This document shows positions 33,428-46,707 of a stretch of 64,000 nucleotides of DNA, piece by piece. The number at the start of each line of letters is the position of its first letter. Within the stretch, counting starts at the first letter, position 1. The notes beneath the pieces were generated by a model, which did not search any database, was not told the DNA's origin, and was given only the letters and a program-made list of their open reading frames with translations. Source of the DNA: Amphiscolops sp. MND2022. Taxonomy: Eukaryota. Both the position numbers and the translations under genes were made by a program. The stretch is from assembly GCA_964187785.1 (NCBI GenBank), contig OZ076409.1, forward strand, positions 84,818,001-84,882,000, in the 5' to 3' direction.

Positions 33428-36400
33428 TATTACGCCGCGCCTGCGCTTTGGGGAAACAGTAGACGCGAGGGCGTATTCACCAGAAGATCCCCCCCACCAT
33501 ATACACAACCGACACAACAGCAGAATGCACTGGTACTCCAACAGAAAATTGGCTGAGACAACAAGCCATCGCCTCCATAAAGAGACCACCCCCAGGAAAA
33601 GGACAGGAAACAACATTCCTGCAAGATCAAGATTACAGAAGCGATCATCAAAATCACACAAATCCATTATCTCAGCCAACCACCAATACCAAGGAACTCT
33701 CTGTTACAACACAAACAGACAACAATGAAAACACCCCCGACGACAACCTCCCGTCACAAACGACTGAGGAAGATACTCACGCCACCACCAAGATACATAT
33801 CTCCCATTACGACTTCCCCACCGCGCTCAACTCAATCAAAGAGTACATAACTGAAAGAGATGGGGATACCTACACACCTCTCCACTCAACCATAGTCCTC
33901 AAGAACAGAAAACGAATGCTCCTTATGCCACTGGAATTCGGCGAACTAACAATGGACGGCCTCGTGGACTCAGGAGCATTCATCAATGCAATGTCATGGT
34001 CTGATTACAACGCTATTAAAATGAACAGCGATAATTGTGTCATAAAGGAGTACCCACAACCTCCTTTCAAAATTGAATGTGCAAACGCACAACTGGAGCA
34101 ACCTATCGCCACAGCCGATATTCAATTCAATATCGGAACATACACGTTCACTGACACCTTTGTCATAATATCAAAGACGTCATTCCCCATAATTGGATTG
34201 AACTTCATGAGAAACCATCAAGCAGTGATAGACACCGCCAACGGGACCATCACCTTCCCTCACGTCGAAATGACATTAGCCATGACAGATGAAAAGAAGA
34301 ACTGTAACCCCAAACCGCTCCAAATTATGGCTGAAGGAAACCAGACGTTGCTACCACAACAAACAACAACCGTAAATGCAATAGTCATAACCACCAATGC
34401 AATCGACATCACAGGGGCAGTACAACCGCTGCCACAGTTCGATGAAACAGCCACCATCATCGTCGCACCAGCACTAGCCACAGCTCACAACAAACGAATC
34501 AATCTACGAATAGCCCACTTGACAGATTTCCCGCACACCATAAAAAACCATACCAAATTGGCAGAACTGCAAATCCTGAGGCCAGAGGACACCAAACAAA
34601 TACGACCTGTAGATGTTGCAACGTTGACCACCCTACAAGACCCAGAGGACACACACATGTATGTGAATGAGCTCATGAAATCCACAAACAACGAACAAAA
34701 TGACGAAAACCTCTGGTTCCCAACACCCGAAAACCCAGGAAATGACGATGAACACATGCCAATACAAAGGCGAATATTAAGAGAAATCAGAGAACTCATA
34801 TAAAAAGAACAACTCGACCCCACCAAAGACCTAGAATCAAGAAAAGAGTTCCTCGACATGTTCAAATGGGAAGGATCACAGATTGAAGGAAATGACAAGA
34901 AACAGCTAGAGTAAACGATAGTTGAATACAACGACAATTTTGCGCGTCACAGACTCGACATCGGCATCAATAATAGCTTCAAAGTGAAACTGACGCCAAA
35001 AGACGAACGTCCCATATATACACAGAGTCTACCAGTACCGATTAACCTCAAAGAAGACCTAACAGTCGAACTGGCACTCATGCATAGGTATGGCATAATC
35101 ACGACATTACCATTTTCAAAATACGCCAGTCCGATTTTTGCCCAACGTAAACCAAATGGTAAACTACGTCTACTCGTCGACCTGCGAAAAATCAACGCAC
35201 TGATATCTGACGACTATATCAACAACAACCACCCAGTCAGCACCCTGTCAGACGCAGCTCAACACCTAGCTGGGAAAAAGCTGTTCTGTAATTTAGATCG
35301 CTCCCAACAAGCATATCACTGTCTACAAATGGCAGACCAGAGATCAATCGAAATGCTAGCGTTCAACTTCGCAAGCAGAACGTTCGCCTACAAACGACTG
35401 GCACAAGGACTGAGCAGAGCTTTGTCAGCATCCTCTAGTTTTATGAGAGAATATTTGGACAAGGTAATCAAGGCTGACCAGTGCGCGCAATATGTAGACG
35501 ACATTGGAATAGCTGCCAACTCCGTGACGCAACTGATACGGAACATTCGAGCTGTCTTCGAATGCATCAGACAAGCAGGACTCAAACTATTCATCGACAA
35601 ATGCCACTTTGGAGTAACTGAGATCGAATTCCTTGGAAGAATGATTACCCCACAATGAATCGCCCCTCAAGACCACAAAATCCAGAAATACTTAGCAACT
35701 GTACGATTCCCGAAATCAAAGAAACAAGTACAGAGATACATAGGCTTTGTCAACTACTACCGCAAGTACATTCCGCGGTTGTCAGAAAAGCCACTCGGCT
35801 TCTACGAACTACTGAAAGCTGACAAACAAATCAATGTCACAGACGAATTACTAGACCACTACAAAGCGATCAACGCAGCGCTAACGAAAGCATGTGGACT
35901 AGCCCTCAAACAACCAATCACAGGACGACAATACGTCCTAATGACGGATGCTAGTTTTCGCGCCTCAGGATATGCCTTAATGATTGAAGAAGAAAACGAC
36001 AAAAAACTCAATTCCAAAAAGAAAACTTTTGCGCCTGTAGCATTTGGATCAAAAGTATTTTCACCTGCGCAACTGAAGATGTCAATTTATTGCAAAGAAT
36101 TTCTGGCAATCTACCACGCGTTCTTAGAATACAGCCACATATTGTGGGAAACAACACTACCAACTCCTGTAATGACAGACAACAGATCAGTAACGAGGTT
36201 TTTCCTAATAAAAGCGATTCCCCCCACACTATGGAATGCATGTGACTACGTACTACAGTTCAATTTTCACATCATGCATGTAGCCGGGACGCAAAACACG
36301 GCTGCTGATTTCTTATCGAGAATTGACCTTAACCCTAAAGAAAAAGTTGAACTAAAAATCCGAAACGATATTACGATCCAACCAATACAAGTGAACCTAC

Positions 36401-38531
36401 AATCGACAGACGTCGCAGACGAGGAGCAACTCCTTTTTCTCCCAGAGGAAACGATTGAAACAGAAGAGGAGATCCTCCTACAAAAAAAAACAAGCAAGAC
36501 AAAATGCACGGGACGAGGAAACGACGAAAATAAAGCTGTCCATCAAAGAAACAACCCCAATCCCAATGAACAAGGCATCATACACCTTTGGGGCAATCAA
36601 AGAAGACGCACGCATTAGAGTTGAACAAGACTCAGATTTGGTTTTCAAAGCAATCAAGAGAAAATTAATCTGCGAAGAATATGACAAACACCTACTACAA
36701 ACAGATCCGAAAGCCAAACGCCTCTTAGTACACGAAAAAAGACCAATAGTCAAAGACGGAATCCTAATGCGAAAATACTATGGGGAATGCGGACAAATCT
36801 TACATCATCAAATATTAATCCCCGAACACCTAATCACAGAACTACTGAAACCCATTCACGGACAAATGGGAAAACATCCAAGAATCACCAAAATGATCCA
36901 AGAATGCAGATCGAAATATTACAACCCTGGCTTGGCAAAGAGGATCAAACAATGGGCAATGCAATGCGAAGACTGCATCAAATACAAAAGAATCAACAAC
37001 AGCCAAATCCGACCGAAAATGATCAACAATACAGAACACGTATTGGGACCAGAAGATATACTCGAAATCGACATACTGCCAAACCTACCAAACTCTGCAG
37101 GATACCAAAACATTGTCACAATTATCGACGTTGTGTTCTCGCGTTAGACAATCGGACGATGCCTTGTTGATGTCATGACAAGACATGCATATTTGCCAAC
37201 ATTAATCTTATCAGATAAAGGCTCACAATTCAGGTCAGAAATTTTCGCAGAAATAACACAAATTCTTGAAATCCAAATCAGCCATGCGTCCACAAAACAT
37301 GCACAAACAATCGGAATTTTAGAAAGAACACACGCTTCAATCAAGACTGCACTAAAAATATCGACGGGAGAAAGACGTTCAATGTGGCACAAATATGTTC
37401 AAATTGCAGTCATGAATTATAATACAACATATGACGAAACACTGGGCTGCGAACCGTCTACAGTATTCCACGGACGTATACCCTACAATGTTCTTGACTA
37501 AAAACTGGGCATCAAGCCAAAGTGGAAAACTACGCCCAACTCGGACATAGCAGAGCAGCTACAAAAATAAATTGACAAAGTGCGAGCGACAGCGAAAGAC
37601 AACATCATGCTGTCTTACCTCAAATACAAAAAACATACCTTCAAATTGTAGTCATGAATTATAATACAACATATGACGAAACACTGGGTTGCGAACCGTC
37701 TACAGTATTCCACGGACGTATACCCTACAATGTTCTCGACTAAAAACTGGGCATCAAGCCAAAGTGGAAAACTACGCCCAACTCGGACAAGGCAGAGCAG
37801 CTACAAAAATAAATTGACGAAGTGCGAGCGACAGCGAAAGACAACATCATGCTGTCTTACCTCAAATACAAAAAACATACTACCGCAAAGCGTCGGCAGC
37901 TCCGCTCGAAGTAAACGACTACTGCTACATCCTCAACCCGAAAGCCGACAACCAGTCTACAAAGTTTGCGTTCCAAGATTGCATCTGGACAGGACCGTAT
38001 ATTGTGATAAAAAACTATCCAATAACAACTACACAATACAAAGACTTGGCACACGATACACACAAACGTACACACTACGAACAAATGAATACCTTCCTGA
38101 TCCAAACGTCAAAGTGTCGCACAATGAATGGTATGCCGTATCGTGGGAAATGGATTTTGGCAAACAAATAGACGAACACGAAGTGACAAGAAGTGCAGAA
38201 AACAATCAGCAAATAGTCACACAAGAGGTGGTGAACACAGATGACGACACGATCACACCACAAATATCAGACAATCAAAATGAAGACACGCATGACGTGG
38301 CACCACCGTCACGGGATTTTTCAAACCTTAATACAGACGTGGGGGATAACCCATACATACGACGTCCCCCCCCCCCCACCCATTGAAAGTCCACCTATTC
38401 CCCCAAGATCACCGCCTACAACTATCGGATATAACCCGAGAAAAATAGCAAAGTATAACCTGAGACCTAATCCTAAGCCTAACGCAAACCCTGACTTCAG
38501 ACGACTTGACGCTATAACTACAACTTACTAA
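33428..38531 (+). pseudogene. pol: Element B pol, multiply disrupted
   Basis: LVDSGA, YVDD, TDASF, SDKGSQF...ILERTH and C-terminal KYNLRPNPKPN, all matching A; many stops and frameshifts. Confidence 0.95.
37398..37880 (+). repeat. ~242-bp tandem duplication inside B integrase
   Basis: ttcaaattg(c/t)agtcatgaattataatacaacatatgacg...caaatacaaaaaacatac occurs at 37398-37638 and 37640-37880. Confidence 0.92.
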
Positions 38532-38783
38532 ATGAAAAGACATTATCAGGAGTCCAAACCGAACCGGTCTGACGATTTTCAATTGTAGGCATACTACGGC
38601 CTGAACGAATGCCTTCTCTGCTTCTCTTTTTTTCTTTTCAACTGCGGCATTTGGATTATCATCCTCACCGGCATAGTACAAAGATACAAAAAGAAATCAG
38701 CAATTAATACAATCTACACTACAACGTCACAACAAAGCAACAATACTACAACAAACGTGGAAACTGTTCTAAAGTAAAAATCA

Positions 38784-41700
38784 CTATTTCTTCGAGCTAG
38801 ATTCACCACTTCTACTGGCAGACTTTTTGGACTTCTTCTTGACCACCTTCATAGGCTCCTGTATGACTTCGAAACCACCGCGATAAGCATGTTTCTTCCT
38901 CCCAAGCAAAGAGGCCAAGCTACTATGGACCCGCGTCTTACTCCGCCTAAATGAACTGGTATCACTTGAACTAGGCATAAGAGGGAGAGACACAGCTGAC
39001 GCAACACTATCTGACAATACTGCCGATGATACATCGTCATCGCCACCAGAACGTAAACCTTGTTTTAATACATCAGGAGCGCAGGACTGTTGTGAACCCT
39101 CACCCCTTTTCCGGTCGATCCGAGCTTTAAAAAGACCAGAATAACGCTTCACAAAAGCAGCTTGACCTTCGCTGCAATTGCCAGTCCATGGATCGTAGCC
39201 AGCACTTGTCATAAAAGACTGCGAAGCATCAATTGCATCACGAACTTCTTTCATTGTATATTTGGTAAAAAATGAATTCAGTTTGAAATCAGAAGCAGAA
39301 ACACAACTTTGCACCCCACTAATACAGGTGGCTATCACCCACTCAGACACTTGACAGTTTGTCAGCCCAAGATCCACAGAAGGATAATCAACACGAGGTT
39401 TCAGCGCTACCAAACAACATAACTTGAAGACGCGAACTAAACTCTTGCGGGACAAGAAACTGTAACCCGACAACAAGTATTGCTTAACATCAGCAATATC
39501 CTCCGCACTGGCTCCACAATCCCCATGACGCCTCCGCGCATCCACAACAAAGGTCGAATACTCTTCGACAGCCGTCCTCGACTCGGAAGACGACAAACAA
39601 CCACTTGACTCTAGGACCCGAACCAACTTGCTGAAAAGACCCAACAGGTGACGGTCATCTCCTTCTAATAATAATTCTGGACAAAACGCATAGAGTCATT
39701 GAGAGAATTCCCCAGTCACAGGTTGCTGACCCAGAATAGCGTCCACCAGCCGGTTCATGATTTTTCGACACTGCTCGCGGAAAGTTCGCCCACTCCCGTC
39801 ATTACGACCATGTAAAGTCGACCCGAACAAGTGGTTTCGCAGAAAATCGACAGGCGAAATAGAATCGAACTCGTCCACCTTCTCCACATCCATATACTCC
39901 TCCCAATTGTGCAAGACTGGGAGAGAACTGATCTTCCGGGTACGCGACAACAGGCAGTAGACAAACTGGCACACTTCCATGTAGAAATGGAAACTGTAGT
40001 CCACGCGTTTAGACAGCAGCTTCTTGAAGGAACAACTATCTAAACACAAAACATTTCCGCCATATGTATGAAGTCAACATATCAAACCCCCAATCCGACA
40101 AAATCCATCCAATAACATAGCGAATGCACAACAACTTACAAAGCTCCAGGATGTGTAGAAGAAGACCCAATCGTAGCTCACCCACACCATCAGAGTACAC
40201 AGCCCAGTCAGCACCTCGCATCTGCAAAAGTCAAATATTCCCACCAACTTTACCAACACCAAACGAACAAAACAAAAAAAAAGAGAAGAACACAGTCAAC
40301 ACGAGAAAGACAACTAAAACAGCCTAATACCTTGCTACTACGAACAGTGGAAAATAACTTCCCCGGCCAGCCTCAGTTTTGATATGACGAGGCGCACTGT
40401 CTCTGATGAATTTCTGCACTAGAACCCACACGGAAAGCAAATCTTTCACGACATCACACAGGTCAGGAAAGAGCACTCGTCCAGCAATCACACTCCGACG
40501 CAGTACTGGCAAATCGTCGAACCACAACTCTTGCAGGGCACCCCGCAAACGCAAAACCAGGAAGTCAATCATGGTGGTCACTTCCAAACCACCAAACACC
40601 TCCTGATAAGCCAGACGGAAACAATGCAAAAAGTCATCCTCGCTGAATTCCCGGAACATGACAAAACTACGACTGTCCACTCGGCTATTGCTCAAGACAC
40701 GTAAGAGCGTGGGACTGCCCCCATGTCAAGCAAGAGGCAACTGGCAAGAAGTCGTACTGTCAAGGACACGAGACAGACCAGCCAATTCCGCTTTCGGCGC
40801 ATGTTGTCCAGAGGGCTCCACCCAGACACAGACACTCATCCAACAGTGTTCGTCCCACGTCTGTACGAAACACTTATGAGTCCTCTCATCCTCGACAAAG
40901 AACACGCTGTACTCACGAAACGCAGAAACCCGCGAAATGAGCAACCGCAATGCCCGAGGGAAAAGTGCACGGCAAATTAACGACTAAAACACAAACCAAA
41001 GATTGCACCCCATAAATGCCGAAAGATACTCTGTATGTTTTCTAGAAGAAACCAACACAAAACAGCACATACAAATCAAAAGCGAGAAATAGAACAGCAA
41101 AATTAATACTCACCAAGGATTCGGTAGGCTCAAATTCAAACTGTAGAGAGGATTCTCATGGCCCAAAGTTGCTCGGAAACTCCCCCAGAGACGCCGCAAG
41201 AGAGTATAGCTTCCACCCGACCGCAGCAGCTCAACCAGACAATTGATCATCGTCATCAACGGAACGGTACACTCGAATTAGCTTGAGTGCATGCTGGCAA
41301 CAGATCTTCAGGGAAACTGAACCCTTCACTTTTTCCTTTGCGAGGCCGATCACGATACTCCGCCAGTTGAGCCTCAGTCAACACCATTGGACCCATCAAT
41401 CTGTTGAACACCGGCATATCGTTCTGCACACGAAAGGTTACATCCAAAACCCAGTGCCGTTTACCGAAGAAGTGGCGAGTAAATTCAGCAGGACCTCGTG
41501 ACTCCATCGATACGTCTCGCTGACATATCATACAGTGGAAGGACTTATCAGATCCAGTACTTGATCCACTGACGAAGAGCTCAAACACGCGGTGTCCCGA
41601 AACCATGTCGCGTCGCAAACGATTACGCGGACTGTAGGCTCGTTTTTGCCCTCGAGTGGCCCTCTCCAAAGTCGACTCCATTCTTTGTATCAACTCCTCG

Positions 41701-42891
41701 AATTCTATAATGGACAAAATGCAACTTCAATACAAGACGACAATCAATGAACAATACAACAAAGAACCTACATACAGCTAACAACTATCAGAAGAAAAAG
41801 AGAAAGAAAAACAAACAAAAAGGAGGAGGAAACGATATCACCACAAAGGAAGAGAAACAACGCTGTACGAATACACACCAAGCCATACTTACTAGCTACG
41901 AATGGATCCATGGCATGTCCCTCAGTGTCTGACTCGGCAATCGGTCGTCGCCTTGCACTCAGTGATAGAGTTTTACTAGTAGTAGGTTCAGCGACTTCTT
42001 CCTCTCCACTACTGCGCACATCGAACTGAACATGTCTACCACTGCCTTGTGACGTATTTGGACGAAGTTGCAGCGATTTTCCACACCACCCAAGAGACTT
42101 TTCCTTTTCGGGAACAGCCAGTAAAGCTAATACACAATAGCAAGCAATATTAAACAGCACAACCAAACTGACTATGGGACTTTAAAACTAATCTACATAA
42201 ATCAACAACCAAAACCAACAACCAAAACCAACAGCCAAGTCACTAATCCCGTTTGGAAACAGGAGAACTGACTCGACTGCCGAATGACTGACTGAAACCA
42301 GGCAAGAAATCACTGAACCGTGGAGAAGACTTCTTTGCAGCAACATCATCTCCTGGCGTAGTTTCTAATTGCTTGCTACTTCCTTCAAGAGGGGGGATAG
42401 AACCTCACCCCCTTGAGTCTCTGAAGCTACGGAAGAACGGATATGTTGCGCGAGAGCTCCCAAAGTCATGTCCAAATCGTCAGACTGACAAGCAACAGAG
42501 TCGCCAATGACAGATCCAACTCCACCAGAAGAAACCCCAAGTGCCTCAACAGAAACCCCAGTAAGATCGCCCGGGAGAGAAGCCTCCAGAGTAGAAGCGA
42601 GAACACCATCAGCAGGGGAAGGAAATGATGGCCCAGAAACTGAAATAACATTCCCGTATTGACGCGTCAGAAAATCTAAGCTGTGAAAATACGAAACAGA
42701 AAAGGCCTATCTGAGAGTAGTATTATTGACAAAAGCTTAATGGTCCGGGGAATAACAAACCCACCCGTTGCTTGCTGACGAACAAAATCGCCATCACTCT
42801 GGTAGACGTCTTCCTCAGAGAACAGAAATTGGGTTTCACTTCCGCTCTGGGCGCCGGTATCACGACGGAACGGAGGAGGCTCCTGATCCAT
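38784..42891 (-). pseudogene. Antisense multi-exon cargo gene of element B (homolog of 5292-9278), disrupted
   Basis: MDQE...SGSET...SEEDV start; FHCMICQRDVSMESRGPAEFTRHFFGKRHW; MRGADW..RLGLL; CQFVYCLLSRTRKISSLP..HNWEEYMDV; FKLCCL. GT-AG introns at 42764-42640, 41113-40984 and 40139-40040 match positions in A. Confidence 0.85.
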
Positions 42892-42943
42892 CTCAAAATA
42901 GCAGAAATCTGAAAAAGGGAGGACATGGAAACAACAACCAAAA

Positions 42944-43201
42944 CTGACGTCATCATAACGGTGACGAAAATGAAAGTTGGCTAATCACCAACGAAACTGA
43001 CGTCGGCATAACGTCGACAAAAAGGTTATTAGGGTTAAGAAATTAATCCTATACTCTACAATGACGTCATCATAACAGTGACAAATCCTAAAAGTTAGCT
43101 AAGCTAACGAAAATGACGTCAACATAACGTTGACAAGATTGGCTAAGTAAATTATTTCAATTTACAGCCAATAAAAACGCAAAATCGACATAACGTCAAC
43201 A
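42944..43201. promoter_or_regulatory. Array of ~5 TGACGTC..CATAACG..GAC motifs in the divergent spacer of B
   Basis: Copies at ~42944, ~42997, ~43061, ~43112 and ~43184 (partial); CCAAT boxes at ~43169 and ~43236. Confidence 0.55.
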
Positions 43202-43354
43202 CCTGAGGATTAAAAGGATTAAAATGATTGACCAGCCAATCAGAATGGAGGGATTTATCCCAATATTCTCCTTAATCCTAATTAAGCTGAAATCGATTTT
43301 GGAACAATTAAAATACGATCAACAGTCGCAGAAGAGAGAAGTCAAAGAAAGAAG

Positions 43355-44103
43355 ATGAACAATTTACTGGACATATACGAACTGATCGACATTTCATCGT
43401 CTAGCGAGGAGGAAGGCGAAATTACAAGATCTTCTACCCCACTGCCTAGGGACAGCGAAAAATACCCTAGAATAGTGATAGAGATATTAAATTCGTCAGC
43501 AGAAGCCGCGGCAGATGAGGAAGAATTTCTTGATCTTTCCTTAAACTCTCTGGAAACCGAATGTAAAAGGATGAAACTCAGTGAATCATGCACAAGCTTT
43601 GAAACAGTAGAATCGGGCCAATACCCTCAGTCAGAAAGCGAGGAGGAAATAATAGCGGACTCGCCAGAAAGCCCTAACCCCTCTCTGAACTCAGATGTGT
43701 TCGTCGTAGAGAAACCTCACGTAGAAGAAACGTCCTCCATGACTAGCAGTAAAGTTGCTCAATTCATAAGACAAGCAACAGAGGACAATGCCAGCTCCTA
43801 CTTTGAATCCCCCAGCGGCCCTCTGAGAGTTTGGGGAGAGCAGAAGAAGGAATCTCTAAACGACCTAGATGAAGAAAGGGGCCCAGCAGTATGCCTCTAT
43901 CCAGTGACCAGGCAGTTGACCCAAACGTCTACGAACTACAATACCCTCTCTACCAACCGAGGTTCCAAGGGAGGACGATAAGACCTATGACAGTGGCCCT
44001 GTCACAGTCCGCTCCCGGACTGGGTTGTGGGTGTTTGAGAGTCGGCTTCGGGAGAGGCCACGGCTGCACGGCGAGGTTCGCAAAAACTTATTTTAACTAT
44101 TAA
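43355..44103 (+). pseudogene. ORF X of element B (one frameshift near 43900), ending inside the 3' LTR
   Basis: ORFs 43355-43981 and 43891-44103 together align with ORF X of A at both N- and C-termini. Confidence 0.7.
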
Positions 44104-46317
44104 AACTAACAAATAAACTGTGACTAGGAAAACAAAAATACGTCTGATCAACGGAAATTTCAAATGAATCTAGTTACAAAGAATGAATGTGCTAAAATGA
44201 ATCTTACATTTCCGGTTGAGACGCTTTTGCCACGTCAAATCATTAACATCCGCCACCTGAAAACTAAATTAAAACACGCTTCGAAATAAGAAAACCATAG
44301 CCCAATCTAAATGAAAGCATAGTCAAAGTCATCTCCCAAAAGAACATCAATCAGATCTAAAATGAAAAATACTCTGAGATGGCACACCGAAAGAATTAAG
44401 CCTTTTCTTAGAAAGGCAGCTTAATTGCGCTTTGAACAGCAATTAGTGCGGTTTAGGACGTCAATATTACGCTGAGTAAACAAGGCACCGGAGAAAATAA
44501 GAATACATGTATATTTGTCGTCAGTAAGACGCAGACAAGTTTGAAGGTATACCAATTGACGTCACTGCCTCGCATACGCGTACCAGGAAATCATTCCAAT
44601 TATCCGCCTAAACTAATAGCATTGCTAGAAATCATTCCAATTTACCGCCACTGTGACGTCACTGCTCCGGCAGCTAGTGAGAGACTCATTTCTAAAATAC
44701 TCGTTATCATTGCGTCAAACTAGTCAAAATCTCTATTCTCCCAAGAAAACTCGTCAACATGACGTTGACAAGTTTAGGAAATTGAATAATATGAATGAAT
44801 TCGCTGAATTCAGCCAAGTTTTTGTCGCACTAAAGCCGTTATTTCCTAGGGAGAGATAATTGCAGGCTATTTCAGATTGTAAAACAAGTGTATTGCAAAT
44901 ATTCCGCGATTTAAAGTTCTGACTTAAGGTATATTCTTGGCACGCATATGATAATTCAAATCCACGTCAATTAATCGTCATGTATTTTCAATAATAAGGG
45001 AATTTCCTCGCATAAGCTATTTTTATTACGAGATTTCATAGCAGAACAAACAGGGAGTCACAGTTTACGTCTTCAACTAAAATGTATTTTGTACAGAAGA
45101 TGTATTTTCATATATTTTGCATTTTTGTACCCGATGGTTTCAGATGATATTCTATAATTACGATTGTGATCATATTTAAATACCAGTTCACTGTTGCTAT
45201 TCATCAAACTCATTATGTTGCTGTTGCTATCAAACAAATGTTGCTGTTATTCTTGTGAAATTTGTCACACTTGTCGCGACATGACAAATTTGTTAATGGT
45301 ATATTATTTTAATACCATGATTTTTAATTCTATTCCCGACGAAAGAATGAGTCCAAATTCATAAAATATCGTCTTAGCATCAGTCAAATAATCCTGCTTT
45401 GAGATTAGTCATAGCATTTTGATCAAACCGAATTTCAAAATCAGGTATTTGTTGTTCACGTCAGCGTCATCTCAGCGTCAATTTCCCGCGAACCAAAGCA
45501 GTAAAACAGGGAAGCATTTCCGGTTTGACAGACTGAAGTAATATCTACTTCCTGCTTGGGAGGAAGCAAAAGGACGCCGGGATGAAATGATATGATCATG
45601 TTTGATGACTAATGTTAGTTTAAAATTGCCGTGTCTTATAATTGACGAAATGTCGACGCAAATTTGGGAACTTCGTTATTTTTTCATCGGTAAAACAGGA
45701 AATGACTAATTGTTCGAGGAAAATTAGGGATTATAGTCGTGATCAAATGATGCTGGGAGGGTATAAATACGGTGAAATTTGATGATTGAGGGACTCAGTC
45801 TTTTGCCTCTTGCAATAATCAGTTGTTTAAACTTGCTTGTCTCAACCTCATTCTAACTCAACGTTGTTGAAAACATTGAAAAGAAATTCAACTCATCAGA
45901 AAAATCTTTTCTTCATCGAAATGTCTACAACTCGAAGTCAGAAGAGAAAGAACTTCCAACAGGGAAATAGTGAAATTGTAAGTGATGGTTTCGTTTCACC
46001 GGTAGTAGGAGAGGATACTTGTTCTCCAGAACAAGACGTTAGTTCCGCGGGACCTTCAAAACCAAAATCCCCCAGGATTGAAAATAGCCTTCTAGAAAAT
46101 TTGAGAGCGTCTCTGAAGGAGGAAATTACCTCCGAGATTAAGAATCTCTTAATTAAATCCCAAAAGGAAATGGTGAAGCCCTTGAAACCTGAAACAAGAC
46201 AGAACATTAGAGAGAATGTTGAAGAGGGGATGGAAAATGAAACGAGGAGTTTCTACACCCGTACTAGATCAGTTAGGATAAGTTCAACGCAAAACGACCA
46301 GGATATAAGTCGTAACA
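44000..46317 (+). repeat. Element B 3' LTR (2318 bp), with a duplicate gag N-terminus
   Basis: Direct repeat of 30102-32389; ORF 45837-46325 is a copy of the gag N-terminus. Confidence 0.95.
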
Positions 46318-46501
46318 CTGGGTAAATCGTCGCCACCATAGTTTCGCTTCTTGTATGGTTTTCTTCTCGAATATTGGTATTGTTATTTTTTGGTGTGCTG
46401 TTGTTCGTCCTTTTTTGTCTCCGGATTCCTCACTTGAGGAATTTCTGCTATTGGATTCCGCGGAGTTGTTTTGGTTCTTTTGACTCATTCTGACTGCGCC
46501 A

Positions 46502-46707
46502 TGTTGTATCTCGTTGGAATAAGAAAGTTTGGGAATATAATACTGTATTGTACGTAAGATCAAGTTACAGTGTTCACTATATCGTACTACAGTTAGCATC
46601 AAAGTTACTGGCAGGTATGTTATGTAATTAACATAAAGGTCATAAAGTAGAGTAAGAATTATGTAACATTGCGTTACTATTGACTTTCAGACTATATTCA
46701 TGTCACA
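46502..46707 (-). repeat. Element C 5' LTR
   Basis: Direct repeat of 24500-24705, followed on the minus strand by the PBS and gag ATG (MSQKNQNN). Confidence 0.95.

Larger units (their letters stand above)
30102..46317 (+). mobile_element. Element B: decaying Ty3/gypsy element with the same architecture as A (16.2 kb)
   Basis: LTRs at 30102-32389 and 44000-46317; TSD CTAGG (30097-30101)/CTGGG (46318-46322) with one mismatch; PBS TGGTGACAGGA at 32390; gag/pol homologous to A. Confidence 0.95.
24500..46707 (-). mobile_element. Element C: decayed Ty3/gypsy element with 206-bp LTRs, interrupted by element B
   Basis: LTRs at 24500-24705 and 46502-46707; TSD GTCGG at 24495-24499 and 46708-46712; PBS TGGCGCAGTC (tRNA-Ser-like) at ~46501-46492; PPT ccagggggggaa at ~24706-24717. 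Confidence 0.93.

Noticed and set aside
1524..46317. DIRS/tyrosine-recombinase classification suggested by ORF-overlapping terminal repeats
   Set aside because: A and B have direct LTRs with TG..CA ends, 5-bp TSDs, a PBS, an aspartic protease and a DDE integrase, i.e. Ty3/gypsy.
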